A stretch of DNA of 64,000 nt from a virus (lineage: Duplodnaviria > Caudoviricetes): positions 1-64,000 of IMG/VR virus record IMGVR_UViG_3300037313_000574. One strand, written 5' to 3'. The position numbers and the translations under genes are program-made. Position 1 is the first letter of the stretch. Each line of letters opens with the position of its first letter. Under the pieces are notes generated by a model. The model saw nothing but the letters and a program-made list of their open reading frames with translations. It was not told the origin of the DNA and searched no databases. Below are positions 34,233-44,250 of this stretch, piece after piece.

Positions 34233-37211
34233 ATGATCACCCTTAGCCCCGCCCTGCAGAGCATCGCCGCCGCCGCCGTCAACAATGCGGAATACTGGTC
34301 CTTGGTGATCGGCACATTAGGCGCCAACCGCCGCGTGATCGCTTCAAAGGGCGGCACGCCGTTCCGCGACTGCGCCCTGACAGGCGCCATGACGACCTCT
34401 GGCGGCACACTAACCGGAATCGGCGTCGCCTCTGATACGGTGGTGTACGAGGCCGCCGATCTGGCTACGCCCGGCACGCTGCGCGTCACACACGCCACTG
34501 ATGCCACGCTGTACCTGGAAGGCACGCTCGGCCTGTCCGGGCAGGATTTCAACCTGACGGAAAACCCGACCACCAGCAATGGATTCGGCATCGGCACAAT
34601 CGCCATTCAAGCGCCGGCGGCATTACCAGATGCAGGCGGCGGCGGGGAAAGTCCGCCGATTGGCACGGCGCTGGCTACGCTTTCTCTCGTCAATACTTCC
34701 GGGTCGATCGTTGCTGCAGACTTCATTCCTCCGATGTTTGGGCATCCATTCCGAAAGGGCGATGTGCCGGCGGGAGCTTACCCGCGGTTTGAACTGGCCG
34801 ACACGACCGAAGTGCCTTACACCATGTTCAATAAGGCGACCTGGAGCGACGGCTCGCTGAAATTTGCCTCGTTCCTGTTGCGCGTGCCGAGCACAGTAGC
34901 GGGGAGCGGGTCGCTTGCGGTGACGGTCAAGGCATCAGAATCTGCGCCGGCAACGTCATCCTCGCGCAGCTTGGCTGATCTATCATCCGGCAGCGCCGAC
35001 TTGAAGGTGGAGGTAGTCGGCCTGGATAACTTGTCCGGCACCTGGACATCCAGCCTGAACCAGGGCGTCACCGACAACGATGACGTGATTACCTTCGGCG
35101 ATGGCGTAGTGGGTAAGGTCTGGCGCATCCGCCAGCAGTTCATGCAATCCGCCGCTAACCACGGCCAGCTCGAATGTTACTGGTATGTTGCGGCCTTGCA
35201 GGATGCGTCGGGCAACTTGTACGGCCTGCGCTACCTCGGTCGTGTGTCGCAGCCCTGGTTTGACGTGGATACGCCCGCGAAGGCATACCGCTCGTTCAGT
35301 AGCGTCTTGGTCAAGAATGGCGCATCCACCTTGCGCGACGTGTGGGCAAGCCATGCCTCGCCTAAGCCAATGACGTATTCGGGCGGCATCAACCTCGGCG
35401 TCGCCGCGCACGGCTTCCGCACGTATAGCCTGTTCCGGGCGTCCGGCACCACCCTTCCTACGCCGCTCTCGGCCAATACATCGTATCGGGTGAGCTACAA
35501 CAACACCAACGCCAACGTGTTCGGCGTGATCCCGGTGAATAGCAGCAGTGACGTTTCCCTGAGCGGCACGGCGTCCGGCGATGCGCAAGTGCAGGCGTAC
35601 CCCTACCTGCCGCACTTCTGTTCGATATTCACAGCCGGCCCGGAAGGCATGTGGGATTACCTGCAAGCAGGCGGCTCGGTGGCAGACGAGGCAACGGTGC
35701 GCGTGCAGCACGATGCCGCCTACTGGCAAACGACCGGCGTGGTGCCGACTTATGAGTCGGTGGTGCCGACCGCGCAAGCCAGCTTCGACTACGAACCCAA
35801 TTACATGGGGCCGTCGCGTTCCGCCATCAACGGCACTGGCGAAGACCCAAGTTTGGGCGTCATGCCGGATTGGCACGTCAAGCACTTGCTGCTGCAAAGC
35901 GCCGCGGCCGAGCGCACCTCGCGCGCCAGCGGCCTGTCGGCGGGCAACTGGCCGGGGCAGCTTTACCATTCCACCAACAAGACCTTGAAGCCTGCCAACG
36001 GCGGCACCTACACAGGCATGCCAAGCGGCTCTAGCAGCTTCCGCTGGGCACCAGGGATCGCCACGGCTGGGTTCACCGAACCGGCCTCAGGGCCGTACCT
36101 GTCGGGGGTGGATGAAGCCGATCACAGCCATAAGCCAGCCTGGGCTTATTACCCGTACCTGATGACGGGTGAGCCGCAATACCTCGACCTAGTGCTGGAA
36201 TCGGCTAACTACGCCCTGTCGTACGAATACTCCGTGCCATTCACCGCCAACGCGGCCGGCTCCGTCGGGCGTAATTCCACCGTCAACGGCACCACCTACA
36301 ACGGCTCGACGCTGTTGCACCCGTCGCTGCGCTCTGCCGCGTGGGCAACCCGTGAGCTGGCGTGCGCGGCAGGCATCGTGCCGGACATCGCCCCGCAGTG
36401 CGCGGCGTACAAGACCTACTTTACCGACGCGGTGAACACGACTTTTGCTGCCATCACCGATTTCGTCGCTAATGTCGCACCACCCTTCCTGCGCACGGCC
36501 GGCTTCATCTGCTTCGAGAATATGCCCTTCACCCAGCCGTGGATGCACGGCTACCAAATGCAGGCCATCGCCCTGGCAGCCAAGATGACGGAAAACGCCA
36601 ATGCGATGACCTACCTGAATCACTTGGTCAAGTGGCCGGCGTATATCCGCAGCACCTTCGGCACCTACTACGTGCCAGCGTTCGAGGTCATGGTGCGCAG
36701 CGGGCAGACCGGTGCCGACCCCTACGTCACCAGCAGCGCTGGCATGTCCTTCTACGGTATTGCCTTGAGCTGGGATAACGCGACCGACACCTTCACGGCA
36801 GGTGCCAACAATGCCAACTACACCCCCAACAATGGAGATGTGGTGGCCTTCGACGGCATCGGCTACAACGGATCGGTACCGCCTGGCCTTACCGCCGTGA
36901 CACAGTATTACATCGTGAATGCCTCGGGCAATAACTTCCAGCTTGCGCTGGCGCCGGGTGGCGCGCCGGTCTCGGTGACGGGAACCGGCTCGGGCACGGG
37001 CATGTTCTTCTACCAGAACCCGCCGCCTTCCGGGTCGATCCAGGGCACGCCCAACGCCGATGGCTATGCGGCCAATATCCTGGGCGGGCTGAAACTGGCG
37101 AAAGCCGCTGGCGCGACGGTAGATCAAGCGACCATCAACGCGCTGGAATCCCTGTGCGCGTCGGTGAATTTCACCACCCTGCCGAAGTACCGCTTTGCGG
37201 ATGCCTTTTAG
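34233..37211 (+). CDS. 992-aa virion-associated putative glycan-modifying protein
   Basis: TWSDGSLKFASFLL (RIFT-barrel-like), aromatic-rich helical core (QPWMHGY), two PLSANTSY / GLTAVTQYYI beta inserts. Confidence 0.6.
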   Translation: MITLSPALQSIAAAAVNNAEYWSLVIGTLGANRRVIASKGGTPFRDCALTGAMTTSGGTLTGIGVASDTVVYEAADLATPGTLRVTHATDATLYLEGTLGLSGQDFNLTENPTTSNGFGIGTIAIQAPAALPDAGGGGESPPIGTALATLSLVNTSGSIVAADFIPPMFGHPFRKGDVPAGAYPRFELADTTEVPYTMFNKATWSDGSLKFASFLLRVPSTVAGSGSLAVTVKASESAPATSSSRSLADLSSGSADLKVEVVGLDNLSGTWTSSLNQGVTDNDDVITFGDGVVGKVWRIRQQFMQSAANHGQLECYWYVAALQDASGNLYGLRYLGRVSQPWFDVDTPAKAYRSFSSVLVKNGASTLRDVWASHASPKPMTYSGGINLGVAAHGFRTYSLFRASGTTLPTPLSANTSYRVSYNNTNANVFGVIPVNSSSDVSLSGTASGDAQVQAYPYLPHFCSIFTAGPEGMWDYLQAGGSVADEATVRVQHDAAYWQTTGVVPTYESVVPTAQASFDYEPNYMGPSRSAINGTGEDPSLGVMPDWHVKHLLLQSAAAERTSRASGLSAGNWPGQLYHSTNKTLKPANGGTYTGMPSGSSSFRWAPGIATAGFTEPASGPYLSGVDEADHSHKPAWAYYPYLMTGEPQYLDLVLESANYALSYEYSVPFTANAAGSVGRNSTVNGTTYNGSTLLHPSLRSAAWATRELACAAGIVPDIAPQCAAYKTYFTDAVNTTFAAITDFVANVAPPFLRTAGFICFENMPFTQPWMHGYQMQAIALAAKMTENANAMTYLNHLVKWPAYIRSTFGTYYVPAFEVMVRSGQTGADPYVTSSAGMSFYGIALSWDNATDTFTAGANNANYTPNNGDVVAFDGIGYNGSVPPGLTAVTQYYIVNASGNNFQLALAPGGAPVSVTGTGSGTGMFFYQNPPPSGSIQGTPNADGYAANILGGLKLAKAAGATVDQATINALESLCASVNFTTLPKYRFADAF

Positions 37212-37220
37212 GAGCTAGTC

Positions 37221-39308
37221 ATGGCACTTAAATACCTTGTTGCCAGCGGCGCGAACGGCACCACCAGCTTCGCGTCTATCACCGACTGGTGGACGTCGCT
37301 GCCGGCGACCTTCACCGAGCCGGAAGAACTGGCGTGTGATGACTTTGCCCTAGTGGAAACTGGCGGCGTTGCCTTGTCAGGCAAAACCACCAGCGCGGCG
37401 AACTACGCTCGTATCTATGCGACTGCCGCGAATCGCCATGACGGCCGACCGCGCGCGGCGAGCGGTAAAGGCCTCCGTGTCAGCGATTCGTCCGGCGGCG
37501 GAACGATCCGTGTCGGTGTCAACCACCTGCGCCTGGAGGGGCTGGAGATCGAGCAGACGGGCGGCAACGAGGCGCTACGGCTAAGCTCTGCCTTTGCGGT
37601 GGGGTCGGACATTCGCGTGGATGGCTGCATGATCCACGACGTTGCTACTGGGGCGGGCCACACCATCATGGCGATGGGCGCGAACCTGAACCTGAACCTG
37701 ACAAATAACATCGTGTACGGCTCGCAGCGGTCGATCGACACCCGCGGAGCCAATTCTGTCACTGGAGAGAATAATGTCTTTTGGCGGCACGCCGACCAGC
37801 TGGGCGTCGTCTCGGGGTCGGAACTCAGCCTCAAGGATAGCTACTCCGGGCGCGGGGCCGGATCGACGGAATGCTTCTGGTCGGGCGGTGCGCCCACCGG
37901 CAACAACAATGCCTCGTCGGATGCCACGGCGACGGCGCGATTCACCAGCAGCCTGGCCAACATCGCCGGCAGCGACGTGTTTGTGTCGGTGACGCCGGGC
38001 GCGGAAGACTTCAACCTGAAAGCCGGCGCCAATGCACTGGTGGATGCGGGCGGCGCGGTGACCGTGACCACTGATGCCCTTGGCAACCCGCGATCCTATG
38101 GCGGTGGGGTGGATATCGGGGCAATCGAGCGCGATGCCGGCGCCCCGCCCCCCGACGCGCCCACCGGCGTCGCCACGCAAGACGCGCCAGACGGCCAATC
38201 CATCCGATTCCATGGAACTACCACTGATGCCACCAGCGGCACATATACGCTGACAGGCTCTAACGGCGGCGTGACTGTCGGGCCGCTGTCATTCGCCGTC
38301 AGCGGCGACGCATTCGATTTCACCGTGGCGGGTCTGGTGCCAGGCGATTACACACCGACGCTGACCGTGACCGGCTCCGGCGGAACGGCAGGGGTAACGG
38401 GCACCAGCACATTTTCGATCATGGGCGTATCTGGTGCCGGCGAGGTGTCGGAGCCGACTGACACGACAGCACCGACTTTGACGGGTTCCATCACCCCAAG
38501 CAGCATAACCACTACCGGCTTTACTATCAGCTGGCCAGCAGGTACGGACAACGTGGCGGTGACGGGGTATGAGTTCAGCACCGACGGCGGCGCAACCTGG
38601 TCCGACGCTGGAAATGTGCTCACCAAGGCGATTTCTGGGCTGACGGCTGGCACGGCCTATCAGGTGCGCGTGCGCGCCTATGATGCTGCCGGAAACAGGT
38701 CGACACCGGCGCTTTCCGCCACGATCACGACGAGCGCCTCCGGCGATACGACTGCGCCAACGTTGGCCGGATCAATCACGCCAAGTAATATTGCGCAAAC
38801 ATCGTTCACCATCTCTTGGCCAGCGGGCGCGGATAATGTTGGCGTTACAGGGTATGAATACCGACTGAACGCAGGTACTTGGGTCAACGCCGGGAATGTC
38901 CAGACAGCCAATGTCACAGGGCTGACTGCCAATACCCTGTATAACGTCGATGTCCGAGCCTATGACGCCGCTGGGAATCGTTCAACACCTGCCATTACTG
39001 CCGGCATCACCACGCTGGCGGTAGCACAGAAGTCCGTCACGCTCACGCTGGTCAATGCAGCGGGCGCGGCAAGCGCCAACTTGGCCAATCTGAAATGGGC
39101 CTGGTTCGATGCAGCCACCCCCAGCGGGTTCGCTGCACCAACGGACAAGGGGGCGATTGAGACAACGGACGCTTCCGGGGTGGTGACTATCCCGTTGCCG
39201 AACACCACGCTGGCATCCGGGCAGATTGGCTGGCTGATTATTACCGATAGCGACGGCAATCCAGCGACGAATCACAAGGCATTCTCCGGCCCGGCACAGG
39301 TGAACTAA
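37221..39308 (+). CDS. 695-aa protein: beta-helix-like domain + 2 FN3 + C-terminal beta domain
   Basis: DFNLKAGANALVDAG...DALGNPR...DIGAIE; two DTTAPT...DNVxVTGY...VRAYDAAGNRS FN3 repeats. Confidence 0.8.
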   Translation: MALKYLVASGANGTTSFASITDWWTSLPATFTEPEELACDDFALVETGGVALSGKTTSAANYARIYATAANRHDGRPRAASGKGLRVSDSSGGGTIRVGVNHLRLEGLEIEQTGGNEALRLSSAFAVGSDIRVDGCMIHDVATGAGHTIMAMGANLNLNLTNNIVYGSQRSIDTRGANSVTGENNVFWRHADQLGVVSGSELSLKDSYSGRGAGSTECFWSGGAPTGNNNASSDATATARFTSSLANIAGSDVFVSVTPGAEDFNLKAGANALVDAGGAVTVTTDALGNPRSYGGGVDIGAIERDAGAPPPDAPTGVATQDAPDGQSIRFHGTTTDATSGTYTLTGSNGGVTVGPLSFAVSGDAFDFTVAGLVPGDYTPTLTVTGSGGTAGVTGTSTFSIMGVSGAGEVSEPTDTTAPTLTGSITPSSITTTGFTISWPAGTDNVAVTGYEFSTDGGATWSDAGNVLTKAISGLTAGTAYQVRVRAYDAAGNRSTPALSATITTSASGDTTAPTLAGSITPSNIAQTSFTISWPAGADNVGVTGYEYRLNAGTWVNAGNVQTANVTGLTANTLYNVDVRAYDAAGNRSTPAITAGITTLAVAQKSVTLTLVNAAGAASANLANLKWAWFDAATPSGFAAPTDKGAIETTDASGVVTIPLPNTTLASGQIGWLIITDSDGNPATNHKAFSGPAQVN

Positions 39309-39660
39309 ATGAATCTTTTTCTGCCACAACGCCAAGGCGGAAATGCCGTTTTCGGCGCGCAGCTTTACGCCGCCGCCCAGGCAGACGCCACGCCACCGGT
39401 ACTGACCGGCGCTATTACTGCCAGCGGCATCTCAACCGCGGGCTTTACAATCTCCTGGCCGGCTGCGACTGACAATGTGGGTGTCACCGGGTATGAATAT
39501 AGCGTCGACGGTGGCAGTTCATGGAATGACGCTGGCAATGTGCTCACCAAGGCGATCGCAGGCTTATCCGCGAGCACTGCATACGGCGTGCGCGTCCGGG
39601 CCTACGACGCAGCGGGTAACAAATCAACGCCAGCCCTCGCGGCGACCATCACGACTGCGG
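38458..39660 (+). repeat. three homologous fibronectin type III modules spanning two genes
   Basis: Copies at about 38460-38735, 38745-39015 and 39385-39660 share GFTISWPA..DNV.VTGYE..AGNV.T..I.GL...Y.V.VRAYDAAGN.STPA. Confidence 0.9.
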
Positions 39661-40478
39661 CGATTTCTATTCCGCCAGTCCTGTCAGCTGGAAATTCGGC
39701 CAAAGTAAAGGACATCCTGTTTCGCGTTTGCACGCAACTGCAGGACATTTCGCCGCAGTTCAGGTCATGGACCGAGCGCGAGCTGGTGGACTGGCTCAAC
39801 GATGGCCAAAAGGCGATCGCCAAATATATCCCGTTCGCCTGCTCGCGCGTCGATGCGGTCAAGCTCAATCCCGGCACGCGGCAGTCGATCGATATGATCG
39901 ATGCCGATAACCTTCTGCCTGGCGACGGCACGACCGCCATCACCGTCTATGGCAATTTCCTGAATGATGTCGTGCGCAACATGGGCACGGATGGCATGAC
40001 GCCGGGCCGGGTCATTCAAGTGGTATCCCGCGAAATGCTCGATTACAGCAATCCCGACTGGCACACCGCGCCGGCGACTGGACGGGTGGATGAATACACC
40101 TTCGATATCCGCACGCCGAAGGTTTTCTATGTCTCGCCGCCGGTTGGCACCACGCCGGTATGGGTGGAAATCTCGTTCATGGCCGATCCGGACGTCATCC
40201 CCAACACGGGCACCCCGCAAGCGCCGCTGTACGGCATGGATGGTGACAGCGAGGCGGCAATTACGATTGACGATAAATACATCGATGATCTGGTGAACTA
40301 TGTGCTAGCGCGCGCCCAATTCAAGGATGCCGACTATGCCATGGCGCCGGGCAGCGCGGCATCGTACATGCAGTTATTCGTTAGCTCGATCAATTCCCAG
40401 GTGCAGGCGATCACCGGCAACAATCCGAACTTGAAGACTCTCCCCTTCACCCCGCAACTTCCTGCCGCAGCGAGCTAA
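39309..40478 (+). CDS. head-tail adaptor (DUF6682-like) with N-terminal FN3
   Basis: VKDILFRVCTQLQD...WTERELVDWLNDGQKAI...DDKYIDDLVNYVLARA. Confidence 0.7.
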   Translation: MNLFLPQRQGGNAVFGAQLYAAAQADATPPVLTGAITASGISTAGFTISWPAATDNVGVTGYEYSVDGGSSWNDAGNVLTKAIAGLSASTAYGVRVRAYDAAGNKSTPALAATITTAAISIPPVLSAGNSAKVKDILFRVCTQLQDISPQFRSWTERELVDWLNDGQKAIAKYIPFACSRVDAVKLNPGTRQSIDMIDADNLLPGDGTTAITVYGNFLNDVVRNMGTDGMTPGRVIQVVSREMLDYSNPDWHTAPATGRVDEYTFDIRTPKVFYVSPPVGTTPVWVEISFMADPDVIPNTGTPQAPLYGMDGDSEAAITIDDKYIDDLVNYVLARAQFKDADYAMAPGSAASYMQLFVSSINSQVQAITGNNPNLKTLPFTPQLPAAAS

Positions 40479-40481
40479 TCC

Positions 40482-41120
40482 ATGACCGTCAGCATCGATA
40501 CCTTCTTGCCGCACATCCTGCCGGATGTTGCCGGCTGCCCGCGCTTCACGGCGCTGCAGGCCGTCATCGAGTCCGCGATTGCCTTTTGCGAGGAATCGCA
40601 CGCCTGGAAAGAAACCCTGCCGCTGATCGCGCTGGTCGATGATCAGCATTCGTACGCGCCGGTCCTGCCGGCTGGTTCGCGCGTGATCCTGGTCACGGAA
40701 GTATGGGCGGCGGACAGGGAATTGCACCCGGCGACCATGAGCGAGATCACCGACCTCTATCCGGACTGGCAAACCGCGCAGGGAACGCCGCGCCACTATA
40801 ACCAGCAGGATTGGCAGCAATTCCGTGTGTATCCCATCCCGAAGGACCAGGTATCGGCCAGCCTGACGGTACGCGCAGCCCTGGCACCGACTCGCGCGGC
40901 GACCACGCTTCCCGACTTCATGGCGGATCGGCATTTTCAGGGGATTGTCTCGGGCGCCTTGAAGCGACTCATGCTCAAACCCGGCCAGGCATGGAGCAAT
41001 CCAACCTTGGCCGCATATTACGAAAACGAGTTCAGGCTGGCGTGCGCCAACGCCAAGACTGCGATTTTCCATGACCGCGTGCAGGGTAGCGCCCGCGTGC
41101 GTCCACGCCGGTTCGGATGA
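40482..41120 (+). CDS. second head-tail adaptor / tail tube-like protein
   Basis: FLPHILPDVAGCP..ALQAVIESAIAFCEES; GALKRLMLKPGQAWSNP. Confidence 0.7.
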   Translation: MTVSIDTFLPHILPDVAGCPRFTALQAVIESAIAFCEESHAWKETLPLIALVDDQHSYAPVLPAGSRVILVTEVWAADRELHPATMSEITDLYPDWQTAQGTPRHYNQQDWQQFRVYPIPKDQVSASLTVRAALAPTRAATTLPDFMADRHFQGIVSGALKRLMLKPGQAWSNPTLAAYYENEFRLACANAKTAIFHDRVQGSARVRPRRFG

Positions 41121-41145
41121 TGAATTTGCAGTAAGCAGCGCAACT

Positions 41146-41166
41146 AACCCGCTTCGGTGGGTTTTT
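41146..41166 (+). terminator. intrinsic terminator
   Basis: AACCCGC-TTCG-GTGGGTTTTT. Confidence 0.75.
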
Positions 41167-41186
41167 ATTACCTCAATAAGAAAGCC

Positions 41187-41567
41187 ATGAAAATGAACGA
41201 CGGATTGTCTGGAAGCGCTGTATTTGGATTCTTCAAGCTGTACGGCGTGAAGGTGGGGCTCGGCATGATTGGCGCCGCGCTGCTGTATTTAGTGCTCCCG
41301 CCTGTGACGAAAGACGGGAAGTTTGATCGACATGAGTTCGTCATGCGCCTTGCGGTTGCCGGGTTCTTTTCTGTCATGTTCGGGGATTGGGCGGTGGCCA
41401 TCCTTGGAAACTGGCAATTCCTGCATGCTGCCGATAACAAGGCACCGATTTACCTGCTAGTTGGCGCGCCGGGGTGGTGGCTATCGCGGGCGGTTGCGCT
41501 CTGGTTCCAGAAGCGCAAGGATAAGGATGCTGGCGAGCTGGTGAAAGATGCGAAGGAAGTGCTATGA
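41187..41567 (+). CDS. holin
   Basis: Three TM segments with a charged C-term; MKM dual-start pattern; precedes endolysin. Confidence 0.75.
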   Translation: MKMNDGLSGSAVFGFFKLYGVKVGLGMIGAALLYLVLPPVTKDGKFDRHEFVMRLAVAGFFSVMFGDWAVAILGNWQFLHAADNKAPIYLLVGAPGWWLSRAVALWFQKRKDKDAGELVKDAKEVL

Positions 41568-42046
41568 CGCCGCAGCAAAAAGCCTTCCTCGATATGCTGG
41601 CCGTGTCGGAGGGGACCAGCACAAGCCCGGCGACCAAGTGCGACGGCTACGATGTGATCGTGACGGGAATCGACAAAAAGCCGGAGATCTTCACTGATTT
41701 CAGCAATCACCCGTTCGCCAATGGCCGCAAGTCAAAAACGATCAATCGCAACGGCTTGACCTCGAACGCCTCCGGCCGCTACCAGTTCATGCTGCGCGAC
41801 TGGGCGCATTACCGCTCACTGCTTGGCTTGCAGAATTTTGGCCCGGACTGCCAGGATAAATGGGCGCTGCAACTGATCAAAGAGCGCCGCGCGCTGATCG
41901 ACATCGAGACAGGCCATTTCGCCTTGGCTGTCTCGAAATGCCGGAACATTTGGGCATCGCTGCCTGGCGCTGGATACGGCCAGCCAGAGCATGACATTGC
42001 CAAGTTGACGCTCGCATTTGTCAAGGCCGGAGGGAAACTGGCATGA
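41564..42046 (+). CDS. endolysin, lambda R-like transglycosylase (GH104)
   Basis: QKAFLDMLAVSEGT, DFSNHP, ASGRYQF, FGPDCQD, IWASLPGAGYGQ. Confidence 0.95.
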   Translation: MTPQQKAFLDMLAVSEGTSTSPATKCDGYDVIVTGIDKKPEIFTDFSNHPFANGRKSKTINRNGLTSNASGRYQFMLRDWAHYRSLLGLQNFGPDCQDKWALQLIKERRALIDIETGHFALAVSKCRNIWASLPGAGYGQPEHDIAKLTLAFVKAGGKLA

Positions 42047-42426
42047 ATCCGCTTTCCATCAACCCATTGGCCGGCTTGGCTAGCCTGGCCGTCGCCGCGG
42101 CGCTCGGATTTGGCTCGGGCTGGACCGTCAACGGCTGGCGGCTGAACGGCGAGATCCAGACCATCAAGGCGGAACACGCAAATGACCGCGCCACCCTGGC
42201 AACCGCCGCGATCAGCGACATAACGCAGGCCGCCCATCTAATCAAGGAAGCGGCTGATCGTGCGCAGGTCGATGTTTCTTCTCTTGATGTCCAGTTGACT
42301 GCGATACGAAAGGATTTCAAAAATGCGAATGCCAAGCCTTTGCCTGCTGATTGCCGCCCTGATTCTCCAAGGGTGCGCAAGCTCGCAAACTCTGCCGCCG
42401 CCGTTGACAAAGCCATCGCTCGATAG
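42043..42426 (+). CDS. i-spanin (Rz-like)
   Basis: N-terminal TM with GWTVNGWR, then coiled coil. Confidence 0.85.
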   Translation: MNPLSINPLAGLASLAVAAALGFGSGWTVNGWRLNGEIQTIKAEHANDRATLATAAISDITQAAHLIKEAADRAQVDVSSLDVQLTAIRKDFKNANAKPLPADCRPDSPRVRKLANSAAAVDKAIAR

Positions 42427-42577
42427 CGCCTTGTCGGCGGATTGCAAGCCTGTTGGTCAGCCCGAAAACCCGGATGACTACGATTCCTGGCTGGCCTGGG
42501 TAACGGACGTAGTTCTACCGAATTACGGCGACTGCGCGATCCGGCATCGCAAGACCGTTGACGCCTGGCCGAAATAG
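42323..42577 (+). CDS. o-spanin (Rz1-like) lipoprotein
   Basis: Overlaps Rz in another frame; lipobox LQGC; Pro-rich. Confidence 0.85.
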   Translation: MRMPSLCLLIAALILQGCASSQTLPPPLTKPSLDSALSADCKPVGQPENPDDYDSWLAWVTDVVLPNYGDCAIRHRKTVDAWPK

Positions 42578-42612
42578 AAGACCGCCACAAACAAAGCACT
42601 CCAGCCACCACG

Positions 42613-42640
42613 AAGCCCGCCATCCGCGGGCTTTTTTCAT
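42613..42640 (+). terminator. intrinsic terminator after lysis cassette
   Basis: AAGCCCGC-CATCC-GCGGGCTTTTTT. Confidence 0.8.
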
Positions 42641-42651
42641 TTCAGGGCGCC

Positions 42652-44250
42652 ATGATCTCCATTACCAACTTCGCCGGCATGATGCCGCGGCGGAATGCTG
42701 CGCTGCTGCCGGATAACGCTGCGCAGAACGCACAGAACTGCACGCTTTGGCATGGCGACTTGCGCCCGCTGAAAAGCCCGCTGACGGTCATCACACCAAC
42801 CGCGCTGGGCGGGGCGATCCGGAGCATTTACCGCATCGGCATGTCGCTGCCGGAGACGCAATTCTGGATGGCCTGGACCGCCGATGTCGATGTCGTGCGC
42901 GGCATGATCGCCAATGACACCTCCGAGCGCACCTACTTTACCGGCGACGGCGTGCCGAAGGTCACGAACCTGCAGATGGCGACGCAGGGCGGCACCAGCT
43001 ACCCGGTCAATGCCTATGCGCTGGGCGTGCCGGCGCCGACCGTTGCACCGACCTGCTTGGCCAGCGACACCACCGCGCCGAATGAAACGCGCGCCTACAT
43101 TTATACCTACGTCACCGCCTGGGGCGAGGAAGGCATGCCCTCCCCTCCAACGCGCGTCGTCGTCAGCAGCACCGCCGCCGTGGCGCTTTCCGGCATGGCC
43201 ACCGCGCCGACTGGCAATTACAACATCACATCCAAGCGGATTTACCGCAGCCAGCAAACAGCAGGCGGCACGGCGATTTATGAATTTGTCGCCGAGATTG
43301 CCGACGCCGGCATAACCTTCAATGACACGCTGACCGGCACCCAGCTGGGCGAAGAACTCACGACGCTCACCTATGCGATGCCGCCGGCCGATCTGGCGGG
43401 CCTGGTCGCGCTGCCGAACGGGATCATGGCCGGGTTTTCCGGGTATGACCTGTATTTTTGCGAGCCGTTCTTGCCTTACGCCTGGCCGGAGGCATACCGG
43501 CTTACCGCCGACTACCCGATTGTCGGCCTGGGCGTGTTCGGCTCAAGCCTGCTGGTCTGCACCAAAGGATCGCCCTATCTGGTCAGCGGCGTGCATCCGG
43601 ACAGCATGAGCATGGAGCGCATCGAACTGGATCAGGCATGCGTGGCCAAGCGATCAATCATTTCCATTGGCGGCGGCGTGATGTATGCGTCACCGGATGG
43701 CCTGGTGTATGTCGGCGCCGGCGGCTCCCGCGTCGTCACCCAGGAACTCTACACCCGCGAAGAATGGCAGGCACTGAACCCGGCCACGATCGAGGCGTAT
43801 TTCCATGACGGGAAATACATCGGCATGTTTTCCAGTGGTGGCGGTTTCATCCTGAATTCACTAGAGGATGCCAGTCTGACCTTCTTTGACGAGGCGGTGA
43901 CGGCCGGCTATGCCGACAAGATCAATGATGCGCTGTACCTCTGTATCGGAGGCGTGATCAAGAAGTTCAATGCGGGCACGGACAAATCCTATACCTGGCG
44001 CTCGAAGAAGTTCCAGGTGGCGCAAAGCCCGGCACCAGCCTGCGTGCGCGTGGATGCCGACACCTACCCGGTGACTCTCAAGCTGTATGCCGATGGCGTC
44101 CTGAAACACACGGAAACCGTCGCCAATGAGCGTGTTTTCCGTCTCCCCAAGGGCTACCGACCGCGCGAGATCGAGATGGAACTGAGCGGCACGGCGCGCG
44201 TGCGCCTGCTGGCGGTCGCCAACAAACCGATGGAGCTGAAAATTGGCTAA
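42652..44250 (+). CDS. tail nozzle / stabilisation protein (beta-propeller)
   Basis: ITNFAGMMPR, RAYIYTYVTAWGEE, FCEPFLPYAWP, YASPDGLV, YTWRSKKF. Confidence 0.75.
   Translation: MISITNFAGMMPRRNAALLPDNAAQNAQNCTLWHGDLRPLKSPLTVITPTALGGAIRSIYRIGMSLPETQFWMAWTADVDVVRGMIANDTSERTYFTGDGVPKVTNLQMATQGGTSYPVNAYALGVPAPTVAPTCLASDTTAPNETRAYIYTYVTAWGEEGMPSPPTRVVVSSTAAVALSGMATAPTGNYNITSKRIYRSQQTAGGTAIYEFVAEIADAGITFNDTLTGTQLGEELTTLTYAMPPADLAGLVALPNGIMAGFSGYDLYFCEPFLPYAWPEAYRLTADYPIVGLGVFGSSLLVCTKGSPYLVSGVHPDSMSMERIELDQACVAKRSIISIGGGVMYASPDGLVYVGAGGSRVVTQELYTREEWQALNPATIEAYFHDGKYIGMFSSGGGFILNSLEDASLTFFDEAVTAGYADKINDALYLCIGGVIKKFNAGTDKSYTWRSKKFQVAQSPAPACVRVDADTYPVTLKLYADGVLKHTETVANERVFRLPKGYRPREIEMELSGTARVRLLAVANKPMELKIG

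Noticed and set aside
5643-42577. Genome-wide amber recoding suggested by the in-frame TAG at 5772
   Set aside because: TAG is the normal stop of several convincing genes (ends 10319, 24290, 30274, 42426, 42577), and no suppressor tRNA was seen.
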